A stretch of DNA of 248,000 nucleotides from assembly GCF_000737315.1 (NCBI RefSeq), contig NZ_JMCB01000005.1:20001-268000 (forward strand), read 5' to 3'. Below are positions 172,520 to 185,523 of the stretch, piece after piece. The translations under genes and the position numbers were made by a program. The notes beneath the pieces were generated by a model. The model had not been told where the DNA came from. It saw only the letters and a program-made list of their open reading frames with translations, and ran no database searches. The first letter of the stretch is position 1. Every line of letters starts with the position of its first letter. Origin of the DNA: Hyalangium minutum (GTDB lineage Bacteria; Myxococcota; Myxococcia; Myxococcales; Myxococcaceae).

Positions 172520-175132
172520 TCAGGCCGCCCGGGTCTCGCTGCCGCTGCCTCCACCGGAGGCCGTGCCGTCCGAGGGCGGCCGCTGCCCGCTCTTGCGCAC
172601 GCGCCGGTCGTGCATCAGCTGCATCACCGCGGCGAGCACCGTGAAGGACACCAGCAGCGTGGTGATGAGACCGATGCAGGCGACCACGCCCATGGAGCGC
172701 AGGCCGATGTGGCTGGCCGCCAGCAGCGCGGCGAAGCCGGACACCGCCGTCAGTGTCGAGGAGGCCACCGCGGCGCCCACGCTGCGCAGCGCCACCACCG
172801 GCGAGGTGCCTTCCAGGAAGCGGTGCAACAGATAGAGGCCGTGGCTCACCCCGAAGCCCAGGAGGATGGGCAGGATGATGATGTTCATGAAGTTCAGCCG
172901 CAGATCGAAGATCGACATGAACCCCAGCATCATCGCCAAGCCCACGGTGAGCGGGATGACGGACGCGAGCGCCAGCGGCACGCTGCGGAAGTCCGCGAAG
173001 TGCATGATGAGGATCCACAGCGCCACCAGGATGACGGTGAGCTGGCCGTCCTTGAGGACGATGCGCGCCAGCCGCGCGTAGAGCTGCGCGGCGCCGGCGG
173101 AGCGGAACTCCTTGCCGGAGGCGGTCTTGATGACGCTCGTCTCGTCGGCGAACTGGAGCATCAGCTTGCCGTCCCACAGGTCCACGCTCGGGTAGATGAA
173201 CGTGAGGAAGCCGTGGTTCTCCAGCTTGGTCTCCGGCAGGTGACGGAACTGCTTGGCGTAGATGTCCGGCACGCCGTTCACGTCGAAGGGCCGAGCCTCC
173301 AACATCTTCTTGAAGATGCCGGCCTTCTCTTGCATCTCGGGCGGCAGGGCGGCGACGTCGATCTCCTTCAGCTCCTCCTGCCACTCCTGGAGGATCTTCG
173401 CGTTGGCCTTCGCGTTCTCCGGCGGAGGCACGAACGTGTAGATGCTCACCACCTGGTCGATGGACTTGTACTTCTCCGGGTGGCCGGTGAGCTCGTCGTA
173501 GACCTCCTTCGCCTCCTCGAGCGTCTTCGTGTAGACGGCGATGGGATCGCTGGAGATCTGGAACCGGCGGGCAATCTCATCCTGGAGCTGCACGGAGGGC
173601 TGCTTGGCCGGCATCAGCGCGCGGGTGTTGTAGTTGAAGCGCACGCCATGCTGGATGCGCTCGTGCAGCGGCAGCTCCTTGCTGGCGGACACCTCCTGGC
173701 TGCTCCAAGGGATGGCGCACGCGCACACCACGGCGACGATGACGGAGCTGATGCCCAGCAGCAGCCCGGGGCGCGGGAAGCGGATCTCCTTGCCCGAGGC
173801 GTTGATGGTGGCCGGCGGCTTCATGGTGCCGATGAGCTTCTCGGGCAGCGCCGGGTTCATGCGGCCGATGAGCGCCAGCAGCGCCGGGCTCCAGGAGAAC
173901 AGCGTCAGGCCGAGGATGAGCGTGCCGCTGCCGGCCAGGAAGCCGAACTGGCTGAAGCCGCGGAACTCGCTGACCATCAGCACGTAGAACGAGCCCGCCG
174001 TCACCACCGCGGACACCGCGGCGGGGCGGCCCGCGTTGATGATCGCGTCCCGGATGGCGATGTCGTACGGCTTGCCCGCGCCCAGCTCCAGCCTCGTGCG
174101 GAAGACGAAGTGGATGCCGAAGTCGATGCCGAAGCCCATCAGGATGCCACCGAGGATGCTGGTGATCATGTTGAGCTCACCCACGGTGGCGTAGGTGAAG
174201 CCCATGGTGATGATGGTGCCAATCACCATGCCGCTCACCACGATGACGGTGGGCGCCCACTTGCGGAAGAAGGCAATCGTGATGGCGAGGATGGCCAGGA
174301 ACGCAATCACGGCCACCGGCTGCAGCGACTCCTCGATGGCGTACGAGTCATCCACCGCCGTCTTGTACGAGCCGGTGTAGCCGTAGGCGACCGTCTTCGC
174401 GTCGCCCATCGCGTCGTAGTCCTCGACCAGCTTCACGCCCTGCGGGTTCGTCTTCGAGTACTCGGCCAGGTCCTTGTTGAGCTTCTCGACGTACGCCTTC
174501 GTCTTGCCGAGCTCGTTGGTGTCCCACATCGGCTTGATGAGGATCATCATCATCTTGCGGTCAGGCGAGATGTAGTAGTCGTCGATGATGCTCTTCTTGC
174601 CCACGCTCGAGTACTTCGAGATGAGGTCCTGCAGGTCGAGCTTCACGGGCTCGGTCTTCTTCAGCTCGATGAAGAAGGGGTTGTTGCGCCGGAGCTGATC
174701 CTTCATGTACGCGCTGATGCGCTTCTTGCCCTCGGCCAGGTCCTCCGTCTTGATGAAGAGGGCCATGTTCTGCTGCACGAACTCGACCGGAATCTTGTAG
174801 GTGAAGAAACGGACGTTCTCCTTGTCCGCATCCAGCCGGGCCGCGATGTCATCCGCGACGCGCTTGAGCGTGGGCTCGTCCGAGGAGCGCAGCGCGAGCA
174901 TGAAGTAGCCGCTGCCGCCCACCATGTCGATGATGCGCTTGACCTCCTTCACCTCGGGCAGCTCCTGAGAGATCAGGTCGAGCTGGTTCGAGTTGATGGT
175001 CAGCTTGGACGTGCCGTAGAGCGAGATGCCCAGCAGCGCGAGGATGACGAGGAGGACCGTTCCCGGCCTGCGGACCATCAGTCCGGCATAGGCGAGGGCA
175101 AAGCGGTTTGGGGGGTGGGACGAGGTGCTCAT
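172520..175132 (-). CDS. MMPL/RND family transporter
   Basis: GFGIDFGIH; GFGVSHG. Confidence 0.88.
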   Translation of the reverse strand: MSTSSHPPNRFALAYAGLMVRRPGTVLLVILALLGISLYGTSKLTINSNQLDLISQELPEVKEVKRIIDMVGGSGYFMLALRSSDEPTLKRVADDIAARLDADKENVRFFTYKIPVEFVQQNMALFIKTEDLAEGKKRISAYMKDQLRRNNPFFIELKKTEPVKLDLQDLISKYSSVGKKSIIDDYYISPDRKMMMILIKPMWDTNELGKTKAYVEKLNKDLAEYSKTNPQGVKLVEDYDAMGDAKTVAYGYTGSYKTAVDDSYAIEESLQPVAVIAFLAILAITIAFFRKWAPTVIVVSGMVIGTIITMGFTYATVGELNMITSILGGILMGFGIDFGIHFVFRTRLELGAGKPYDIAIRDAIINAGRPAAVSAVVTAGSFYVLMVSEFRGFSQFGFLAGSGTLILGLTLFSWSPALLALIGRMNPALPEKLIGTMKPPATINASGKEIRFPRPGLLLGISSVIVAVVCACAIPWSSQEVSASKELPLHERIQHGVRFNYNTRALMPAKQPSVQLQDEIARRFQISSDPIAVYTKTLEEAKEVYDELTGHPEKYKSIDQVVSIYTFVPPPENAKANAKILQEWQEELKEIDVAALPPEMQEKAGIFKKMLEARPFDVNGVPDIYAKQFRHLPETKLENHGFLTFIYPSVDLWDGKLMLQFADETSVIKTASGKEFRSAGAAQLYARLARIVLKDGQLTVILVALWILIMHFADFRSVPLALASVIPLTVGLAMMLGFMSIFDLRLNFMNIIILPILLGFGVSHGLYLLHRFLEGTSPVVALRSVGAAVASSTLTAVSGFAALLAASHIGLRSMGVVACIGLITTLLVSFTVLAAVMQLMHDRRVRKSGQRPPSDGTASGGGSGSETRAA

Positions 175133-175319
175133 TGCGGGGGGACCCTACCGGCAAATGGCCCGTCTCGGAAGCAGCGCCTGCGCGCCCGGTTGCTGGGGCG
175201 GCGTCCGCGCTACAGGTTGAGCCCGGGAGGGAGGCGGCCGGGCGCCTACCCCTGATGCAGGACGGGCCTCCTCCCGAGGTAGGAAGAGGCCCAGCCGGAT
175301 GCCACACAGACGGGTGGGG

Positions 175320-175905
175320 CTACTTGAGGACGACGGACTTCAGCTCCTGGTCCTTGTCGCGCATCGCCTTGAGCAGCGCGTCCCAGCCACCCTCCTTGAG
175401 GAGCGGGCGGACCTGATCATCGCGGATGCCGGTGAGCATGGAGTCTCCGAGCACCGCCACGTCGACCACCTTCCAGCCGGCCTTGTCCTTGGCCAGGGCG
175501 TACTTGAGCTTGAGCTCCTGCTTCTTCATCGGGTGGTCGATGACGACGGTGGAGGCGACCTTCGCCTCTTCGCCCGTTACTTCAGGGTCCTCGTAGGTGA
175601 TGGAGGCCAGGTTCTTGAAGTTGTCGCGGACCTTGGGGAAGGCAATCTTCGCGAAGAGGTTGTGGAAGAGCTGGATGAACTCCTTGCGCTGGGCCTCGGA
175701 GGCCTTCTCCCACTCCTCGCCGACGAGGAACTTGGCCTGCTGCTCACCGCCAAAGTTCTTGAGGGCGGCCAGGTCCTTGCCATAGCGCACGGACTGGACG
175801 ACGGTCTTCACGGGCTTGGAGACCGCCTCGTTCGGCGCGGCGAAAGCCGGCAGGGCGAGCACGAGGGCGGCCAGAAGGGGGACGCAGCGGAGGCGAGCGT
175901 TCATA
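175320..175905 (-). CDS. MlaC/ttg2D-like lipid-binding protein
   Basis: WKVVDV..GDSML..RD.Q. Confidence 0.75.
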
Positions 175906-176128
175906 CGGATCCTTGTTCCTGTCGAAAGGAAGCGAGGGCTTCCTGTAGCCCAGGGGAACGTCTGGCGCTCTGGAAAATTCACTCAGCGTTCCGGGCCCCT
176001 TGCCTGCCGGGCAGGACACAGAAAATCGAATTCGAGGGCTGCTCACGGGGTTTGACTGGGGAAGGACCCCACGTCTAGTGTCCGGTGACGCGGGACTTCG
176101 CGCCTGCCTCAAAATCTCCCGAGAAGAC

Positions 176129-178709
<2,581 letters not shown>

Positions 178710-178723
178710 GCCGCGGAAGAGAG

Positions 178724-178880
178724 AGGGGAAAGGTTGCTGCCCGAGTGGTGAAGCCACTTTTGGTTGGCTGACCAATTCAGGTCTGGAGCGGAGTTGAACC
178801 GCGTCGCTTATGAGGCGATTACCAGGAGCGTGTGGGGCCTCACCGGCCAGGCAGCTGAGGGGAAGGACGAAATTCCCCTT
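178724..178880 (-). ncRNA. putative structured ncRNA with tRNA-like arms
   Basis: Long G-U-containing stem enclosing TCGC-CTCATAA-GCGA, GCGG-TTCAACT-CCGC and CTG-AATTGGT-CAG. Confidence 0.5.
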
Positions 178881-178901
178881 AAAATCCTGACAGCGCTCCT
178901 G

Positions 178902-179372
178902 TCACTCCGGGAAGGTCGCCAGCGTGAGGGCCTCGGGCGGGCCCTTCAGCTCGCGAGGAAGCTTCAGCACCCCGGAGTGGTAGCGCCAGCCCGTCCCGTC
179001 GTGGCGGAAGTCCGAGCGCTCCACGAACGAGCGGTCCTTTCCCTTCTCGAACACCTTGGCGAAGAAGAGCACCTGCGCCACGCCCTGCTCGTCCGGTGGC
179101 CGGCGGTCCATGACCACCAGCCCTGGGAACTGGTGGGTCTGCAGGTAGGTGCGCAGCTCACGTGACGCCTCGGCCTCCGGCCGTTTCCGGTCCGGGTGAT
179201 CCGGGTGCAGGGACTTCCAGAGCCAGGCTACCTCGCGCATCGCAAAGGCGCTGTAGCGGGAGCGCATGAGCGCCTCGGCGTCGGGAGGCTCGGCCTGGCC
179301 ACGGTGGTAGGGCGCGCAGCACTGGCTGTAGCGAAGGCCAGACGAACAGGGGCAGGGTGGGGCAGGGGGCAT
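178902..179372 (-). CDS. ychJ: YchJ/SEC-C family protein
   Basis: CPCSSG..Y..CC.PYH; LMRSRYSAF; W.Y. Confidence 0.85.
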   Translation of the reverse strand: MPPAPPCPCSSGLRYSQCCAPYHRGQAEPPDAEALMRSRYSAFAMREVAWLWKSLHPDHPDRKRPEAEASRELRTYLQTHQFPGLVVMDRRPPDEQGVAQVLFFAKVFEKGKDRSFVERSDFRHDGTGWRYHSGVLKLPRELKGPPEALTLATFPE

Positions 179373-179504
179373 ACCGGTCGCCTCAGAGCCTACCCTCAGG
179401 CGGGCCTTGCCTACCTCCCGACGTATTCACCGGTGGACAGCGCACCGGGAGGTCATGGCCCTTGCGGGCCAGGGGTGGAAGGCTTACATCCGGTCCTCTC
179501 CTTA

Positions 179505-180400
179505 TGAGTCTCATCGAAGCCATCGTCCTCGGGCTGGTCCAGGGGCTCACTGAGTTCCTTCCCATCAGCTCCACCGCGCACCTGCGCATCGTCCCGGAGC
179601 TGCTCGGCTGGAAGGATCCCGGTGCGGCCTACTCTGCCGTCATCCAGCTGGGCACGGTGGCCGCCGTGCTCATCTACTTCCGCGGCGACCTGGTGAAGCT
179701 CACCGTCGCCTTCTTCCAGGGGCTCGCGCGCCGCCAGCCGTTCGCCACCCTGGAGTCCCGCCTGGCGTGGTTCGTGCTCGTGGGCACCCTGCCCATCGGC
179801 ATCTGCGGGCTCGCGTTCAAGAAGCACATCGAGAGCTCCCTGCGCTCGCTCTACATCATCTCCACCAGCCTCATCGTCCTGGCCATCATCCTCTTCATCG
179901 TGGAGCGCGTGGCCTCGCACCAGCGGACCGTGGCTGACATGCGCTGGAAGGATGCCATCATCATCGGCGCGTGGCAGTCCGTGGCGCTCATCCCGGGCTC
180001 GTCGCGCTCGGGCACCACGCTCACGGGAGCGCTGTCGCTCGGGCTGCGGCGCGAGGATGCCGCCCGGTACTCCTTCTTGCTCTCCATTCCCGCCACGACG
180101 CTCGCGGGCGTCTTCGAGCTCAAGCATCTGCTGGAGGCGGAGACCCGGCCGTCCACCGTGGCTCTGGCCACGGGGACCCTCGTCGCGTTCGCCTCGGGCT
180201 GGGCCGCCATCGCGTGGCTGCTGCGCTACCTGCGCACGCGCTCGACGATGATCTTCGTCGTGTACCGCGTGGCGCTCGGGCTGGTGCTGATCGGCCTGCT
180301 CCAGGCCGGCGTGCTCAAGCCGCTCTCGGGCGTGGAGAACGTCGCAACGAATCCGTCGGAGCCTACGAAGCCCCCCGTGGAAAAGCAGGTCACCGACTGA
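179505..180400 (+). CDS. uppP: undecaprenyl-diphosphatase
   Basis: QGLTEFLPISSTAH; PGSSRSG. Confidence 0.95.
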
Positions 180401-180401
180401 C

Positions 180402-181016
180402 GTGGACGCTCTCTTCGACAGACTGGAGGCGCAGCTCGCCTCCCACCCGCCCCGGCCCCTGAACCTGCCGGGATTGGTGCTGCGCGAGTCCGCGGTGCTC
180501 GTCCCGCTGTTCGAGCGCGACGGCGTGCCTCATGTCCTCTTCACGCGCCGTCCCGCTCACCTGCGCAACCACGCCAACCAGTTCTCCTTCCCCGGTGGAG
180601 GCCGCGACGCGGAGGACCTCACGCCTCTGCACACCGCACTCCGCGAGACCGAGGAGGAGCTCGGCATCGACCGCAACCGGGTGCGGGTGATCGGGATGCT
180701 GGATGAGCTTCCCACCGTCACCTCGTTCCGCATCCAGCCGTTCGTGGGCATCATCCCCAGCGACGGGCAGTACCGACCCAACGCCGATGAGGTGGCGTTC
180801 ATCCTCGAGGTGCCTCTGGCGGGGTTGATGGACCCGTCCATTCGCCGCACCGAGCAGCGCACATGGGAGGGTGTGGAGTACGACGTGTACTTCTACACGT
180901 ACGACTCGCACGTCATCTGGGGCGCCACGGCGCGCATCCTCTACAACCTGCTGGAGCACATCGCGCAGATGCCCTCGGGCAGCGCCACGCCCCTGGCGGG
181001 CAGCGGTACCGGGTGA
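180402..181016 (+). CDS. CoA pyrophosphatase (Nudix)
   Basis: SFPGG..ALRETEEELG; IWGATA. Confidence 0.9.
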   Translation: MDALFDRLEAQLASHPPRPLNLPGLVLRESAVLVPLFERDGVPHVLFTRRPAHLRNHANQFSFPGGGRDAEDLTPLHTALRETEEELGIDRNRVRVIGMLDELPTVTSFRIQPFVGIIPSDGQYRPNADEVAFILEVPLAGLMDPSIRRTEQRTWEGVEYDVYFYTYDSHVIWGATARILYNLLEHIAQMPSGSATPLAGSGTG

Positions 181017-181029
181017 GGGCGCCCGCGCC

Positions 181030-182454
181030 TCAGAACTGCAGGTAGACGTACGGCCGGGCCTCGACCGAGGCCAGGTGGCGGATGCCCAAGCCGATTCCCA
181101 CCAGCACCACCGCGCGCACCGGAACGGGCAGACGTACGAAGAGCGTCCCCCCGAGCTCGTAGAGCTTCATCGGCAGCGCGTGGCTTACCACCGCAACGGC
181201 GAGCATGATCCACACCAGCATGCTCACGTTGGCCAGCCCCGGGATGAACAAGAGCATGCGCTCGTAGAACTCGGCCGCGTGCGTCATGTCCGGTGCCCGG
181301 AACACCACGCGCGTCAGCACCACCAGCGTGAACGTGAAGAGCATCCCCACGCCCGCGCGGAGCCAGCTCACCGACTCCTTCTCCGGCCGTCCGCCTCGGA
181401 TCCACCACCACGTGCGGGTGATGCACAGGCCCACGCCGTGCACGGCACCCCACACCGCAAAGCGCCAGTCCGCCCCGTGCCACAGGCCGCCCAGCACCAT
181501 CACCGTCATCAGGTTGAACAGCACCCGTGGCTTCGAGGCCCGGTTGCCGCCCAGCGGAATGTAGAGGTAGTCCCGCAGCCAGCTCGACAGGCTCATGTGC
181601 CAGCGGTTCCAGAACTCGAAGAGGTTCTTCGCCAGGTACGGCCGCGCGAAGTTCTCTGGGAACTCGAAGCCCAGCAGTGCCGCCGCGCCAATCGCGATGT
181701 CCGAGTACCCCGAGAAGTCGAAGTACAGCTCGAACGTGTAGGCCACTGCCGCCATCGCGCACTCGGCCGAGGTGTACGCCGCGGGGTCTCCGAAGACCGG
181801 GTCTACCAGCCCGCTCCCCAGCACGTCCGCGATCACCATCTTCTTCACCAGGCCCACCGCGATCCGGTACATCGCCCGGCCGCCCTGCTCGGTCGTCAGC
181901 GTGGGCACGTCGTTGAAGCGATCCAGCAGCGCCGAGGCCCTCACGATGGGCCCCGAGACGACGCGCGGGAAGAAGAGCAGGTAGAGCAGGTGCTCCAGGT
182001 AGCTGTGCTCCGCGCTCGCCTTGCCGCGGTACACGTCCACCACGTAGCTGATCGCCTGGAAGCACAGGAACGACAGACCGATGGGCAGGATCAGCCCGAA
182101 GGGCTCCTGGCGCACCTCGATGCCCCAGGGCGCCAGCAGCGACCGCGCCGTCTCGCGGAACAGCTCCGCGTACTTGAACGTGGCCAGCATGCCCAGGTTC
182201 GACACCACCGACGCCGTCACCAGCAGCTTGCGCAGCCGGGAAGACTGCGTCCGCGCCAGTCCCCGGACAATGAGGTGGTCCACCGCCGCGCCCCAGAAGA
182301 AGACCAGGACCGGCAGCGGTGTCCACACCGTATAGAAGTAGAGGCTCGAGACGAGCAGCACGCCCAGGCGCGCCACTCGGTGGCGGTGCACCGCCCAGTA
182401 CAGCGCGAAGACCAGGGCCAGGAAGGCCAGATAGGAGATGCTGGTGGACGGCAT
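181030..182454 (-). CDS. MBOAT O-acyltransferase (AlgI/PatA-like)
   Basis: LPIGLSF; FDFSGYSD; WHMSLSSWLRDY; GLWHG. Confidence 0.92.
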   Translation of the reverse strand: MPSTSISYLAFLALVFALYWAVHRHRVARLGVLLVSSLYFYTVWTPLPVLVFFWGAAVDHLIVRGLARTQSSRLRKLLVTASVVSNLGMLATFKYAELFRETARSLLAPWGIEVRQEPFGLILPIGLSFLCFQAISYVVDVYRGKASAEHSYLEHLLYLLFFPRVVSGPIVRASALLDRFNDVPTLTTEQGGRAMYRIAVGLVKKMVIADVLGSGLVDPVFGDPAAYTSAECAMAAVAYTFELYFDFSGYSDIAIGAAALLGFEFPENFARPYLAKNLFEFWNRWHMSLSSWLRDYLYIPLGGNRASKPRVLFNLMTVMVLGGLWHGADWRFAVWGAVHGVGLCITRTWWWIRGGRPEKESVSWLRAGVGMLFTFTLVVLTRVVFRAPDMTHAAEFYERMLLFIPGLANVSMLVWIMLAVAVVSHALPMKLYELGGTLFVRLPVPVRAVVLVGIGLGIRHLASVEARPYVYLQF

Positions 182455-182455
182455 G

Positions 182456-185401
182456 TCAGCCTCCCTCCGCGTTTCGCGCGACCGGCGCTGGCATCGAAGG
182501 GGCCGCGGAGGCGCGGGCCTGAGGCATCGGCGCGGACTCCGTCTCAGGGTGGAGTAGCTGCATCGGAGCCTGGCCCTGCGTCGGACCGGGGGCGGGAGGC
182601 GTAGGGCCGGTCTCCGGAGCGCCCTGCTTCGGCGTGGGCGCCTGGGTTGGCACCTGGCCCGGATCCGGCGCCTGCACCTGCTCGCGGGGCGCCAATTTGT
182701 AGGCCTCGTAGGCGGAGAGCAGGTCCTTCATGAAGGAGGCGGCCAGTTGCTCGTAGCCAGGCTGTGTCAGGTGCGTGCCGTCCTCGTGGCCCAGGGCCGG
182801 CTCAGCGCGCTGCCAGCGCAGCATGGAGCGCTCACCGCCCATCGCCGCCCGGGCGGACCAGTAGGCACAGCCCGCCTCGTGGGCCACCGCCGGGAGCGTG
182901 GTGAGCACCCGTCCCAGCGCGCTCGCCTCCGTCCAGCGCCCATTCGCGTCCTGCATCAGCCGGTCCGTTGGGCCGATGAGCAGGCACTCCGCGCCCGTGG
183001 AGGCGCGCAGCCGTGAGAGCAGGGCCACGTACTCTTTGTGCCATGCCTCCGGGTCGAGATCGGGCAGGCCCGCCTCGTTGGTTCCGTACCAGAGCACGAG
183101 CAACTGCGGCTTGCGCGACGTGAGCTGCTTCTCCAGCGCCGCTGGCTCTTCGCGGCTGAGCGTGAACGCCGTACTGCCAGGAAGGCCGGCGGAGTCGAAG
183201 GTGACGCCGGGCTGCTCGAAGTCCAGAGCTGCGCCGAGCACCGTGATGGGACCTCCTCCTGCGTTCGTGACTTCAATCGAGTGCGCCGGGCCCGTGACAG
183301 GGAAGTGGCGGATGCGCACCGTGGCGGCAGTGACAGCCTCGGGCGGTGGCTCCTCGGCGGGGACTGCCTCGCCGTCGACCTTCACCTCCAGCTTCCCGGC
183401 TCCCGGCGCGTCCAGCCAGTACAGGGACAGCTGCGCCTTGGGCACCTTCGCGTCCTGGCAACCCTCGCAGAACGTCATGCGCAGCGAGGCCCCAGGCGCT
183501 CCCACCGCTCGGATGCCCGTGAGTCCCCAAGCCTCGCCAGGCTGGGCCTCGGGCTGCATCGCGTCCAGCACCTGCCACTCGCCCGTCAGCTCGCGCGACA
183601 CTTGCGCCGCCGCCAGCCGCTGGGAGGACTTGCCCGCCGCGATGAAGCCTCGCCCGCCGTCTCCGAACTTCTTGGTGAAGGTGCCACGGGCCGCGTCCGT
183701 GAAGAAGTGCGCCGCCGTGTGAGACGCGCCCAGCTGGACGATGCCCAGCCGCTCCGTGCTCTTCTTCTCCTCCAGCGCCCGCAGCCTCGCGAAGGTGCCC
183801 TTCAGCGCGGTGCTGCCCTCGATGAGCCCCGGCGGATCGTCCACCATGAGCAGCGGCTCGTGCTCCTTGGCATACGCACGCTGGAGCGCGAAGTCGAACA
183901 GGTGGCCCAGCAGGTCCGAGCCCCGGGCCCTCGGGTGCACCAGGTCCTCATTGAGCAGTCCCGTCGAAAGCCACTGGATCGAAGCGCCCTCGCCACCCAT
184001 CGCCGTCAGCGCGTCCCAGAAGGCACAGCCGCCCTCGCGCGCCACCTCGCGGAAGATGTCTCCCACTTCCTTCGAGCCCCGGCGCGGCACGAGCTCGCCA
184101 CCCATCGTTCGCACCGCCGCGTCGATCGGTGCCATCAACAGGCACGCCGCCTCCGGCACCGACTCGCGCACCTGCTTCACCAGCTCCGTCGCCTGGCTGC
184201 GGATCTCCTCGGGGGTGATGCGGTTGCGCGAGATGTAGAAGGCCTCGTTGCCGCCCACCATCAGCACCACCAGCGACGGCTTGCGGTGGCGCAGCTGCGA
184301 CCGGAAGGCGCCCTTCTGCGCTCGGAGGAAGACCTCCGCCGTCGCGCCCGGCAGGCCGATGGTGTCGTACACCACGCCCGGCTTGCCCGTCTCCAGCGAG
184401 ACACCGTGCAGCTCCACCTTCCCATACGTCTGCAGCGAGAGCGTCTTCGTGCCCTCGGGCAGCGCGAAGCGCGAGAACGCCACGCCCGGTAGCTCGAAGC
184501 GCGTCTGCAGGCGCTGCAGCGGCTTGCCGTCCGCGCTGAACTGCACCGAGCCGCCATCCGGCTTCGTCTGGAAGAACAGCTCCGCGAAGCGCGCGCCCTC
184601 GGCCGGGAAGCGCACGCTCGGATTGCCCGTGCCCGCAGACGCGAACGCCACGCCCGTGTAGCCCAGCTTGTCCTTGGGATAGTTCCGGTCGATGAGCCGG
184701 CTGATCTGCCAGCCCTCGCTCGCCGTGCCCGTGCGCACCGAGCGCCCCGCGCCCGTGGGCCGGTCCACCCAGAGGAACCCCTTGCCGCCCGAGCCGTGGC
184801 GCTCCTGCAGCCGCGCCCGGATCATGTCCGTGATGTGGTCCGAGGCAATCAGCGAGTCGCCCAGGTGCACCACCCTCACGGGTTGCTTCCGCCGGTCCTC
184901 GCGCAGCTCGTTCAAGGCCGTGAAGAACGGGGCCAGTCCGCTCTCCTCGCACCCGTTGGCCCCCATGCGCCGGCAGCCCAGCTCGATGTCCACGTGCTGC
185001 GAGCCCATCTTCTCGCGCAGCGTCTCCAGCGACAGCGCCCGGGCCCGCGTGAGCGTGGTCAGCCCCTCCAGGTCCGACGGCGGCGCCGTGGCCGCGGTGG
185101 GGGACTCCTCCTCAACGGTGGGCGTCTCCTCCTCGGGAACCGCGGGCTCCTCGGAAGGCGGCTGGGTGGGTACTCCCGCCAGCGCATCATCCTTGATAGG
185201 ACCTGACGAGCCCTTTCCCATCAGGGACTTGGGCAGCAACAGCTCCGCCAACCGTGGCGCCAGCGGTGCGTCCTTGCGCAAGGTAGGGATGGGACGAAAG
185301 GCCTCCGGCAGCGGCGCGAGGGAGAGTCCGAGCGCGAGCGCCGCCGTGAGGACGATTGTCCATCCCGTGGTTTTGGCCTTGGGGTCCAACTTGCCGAGCA
185401 T
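182456..185401 (-). CDS. double SGNH/GDSL O-acetyltransferase (PatB-like)
   Basis: GDS...GGNE...D.VHP and GASH...GTNE...DGTH. Confidence 0.8.
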   Translation of the reverse strand: MLGKLDPKAKTTGWTIVLTAALALGLSLAPLPEAFRPIPTLRKDAPLAPRLAELLLPKSLMGKGSSGPIKDDALAGVPTQPPSEEPAVPEEETPTVEEESPTAATAPPSDLEGLTTLTRARALSLETLREKMGSQHVDIELGCRRMGANGCEESGLAPFFTALNELREDRRKQPVRVVHLGDSLIASDHITDMIRARLQERHGSGGKGFLWVDRPTGAGRSVRTGTASEGWQISRLIDRNYPKDKLGYTGVAFASAGTGNPSVRFPAEGARFAELFFQTKPDGGSVQFSADGKPLQRLQTRFELPGVAFSRFALPEGTKTLSLQTYGKVELHGVSLETGKPGVVYDTIGLPGATAEVFLRAQKGAFRSQLRHRKPSLVVLMVGGNEAFYISRNRITPEEIRSQATELVKQVRESVPEAACLLMAPIDAAVRTMGGELVPRRGSKEVGDIFREVAREGGCAFWDALTAMGGEGASIQWLSTGLLNEDLVHPRARGSDLLGHLFDFALQRAYAKEHEPLLMVDDPPGLIEGSTALKGTFARLRALEEKKSTERLGIVQLGASHTAAHFFTDAARGTFTKKFGDGGRGFIAAGKSSQRLAAAQVSRELTGEWQVLDAMQPEAQPGEAWGLTGIRAVGAPGASLRMTFCEGCQDAKVPKAQLSLYWLDAPGAGKLEVKVDGEAVPAEEPPPEAVTAATVRIRHFPVTGPAHSIEVTNAGGGPITVLGAALDFEQPGVTFDSAGLPGSTAFTLSREEPAALEKQLTSRKPQLLVLWYGTNEAGLPDLDPEAWHKEYVALLSRLRASTGAECLLIGPTDRLMQDANGRWTEASALGRVLTTLPAVAHEAGCAYWSARAAMGGERSMLRWQRAEPALGHEDGTHLTQPGYEQLAASFMKDLLSAYEAYKLAPREQVQAPDPGQVPTQAPTPKQGAPETGPTPPAPGPTQGQAPMQLLHPETESAPMPQARASAAPSMPAPVARNAEGG

Positions 185402-185523
185402 GAGACTGGCTTTTTAGGGCCGGGTCAAAACTCTGATCACGGGTGTCCCGGTTGGGGGGCAGACAGGCACACAGGCGGTGAAGCTGCCGCCCGCATCTCC
185501 AAGAGGCTATGGTGCGCCGCCTC

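Noticed and set aside
176040-176128. SAM riboswitch upstream of metK; SAH riboswitch upstream of ahcY
   Set aside because: No recognisable consensus; only a terminator-like hairpin after metK.
178783-178825. Calling the ahcY-ychJ element a functional tRNA-Met
   Set aside because: It has no 7-bp acceptor stem or CCA end, only 4-bp arms, and its D-like arm is misplaced; reported as a tRNA-like ncRNA instead.
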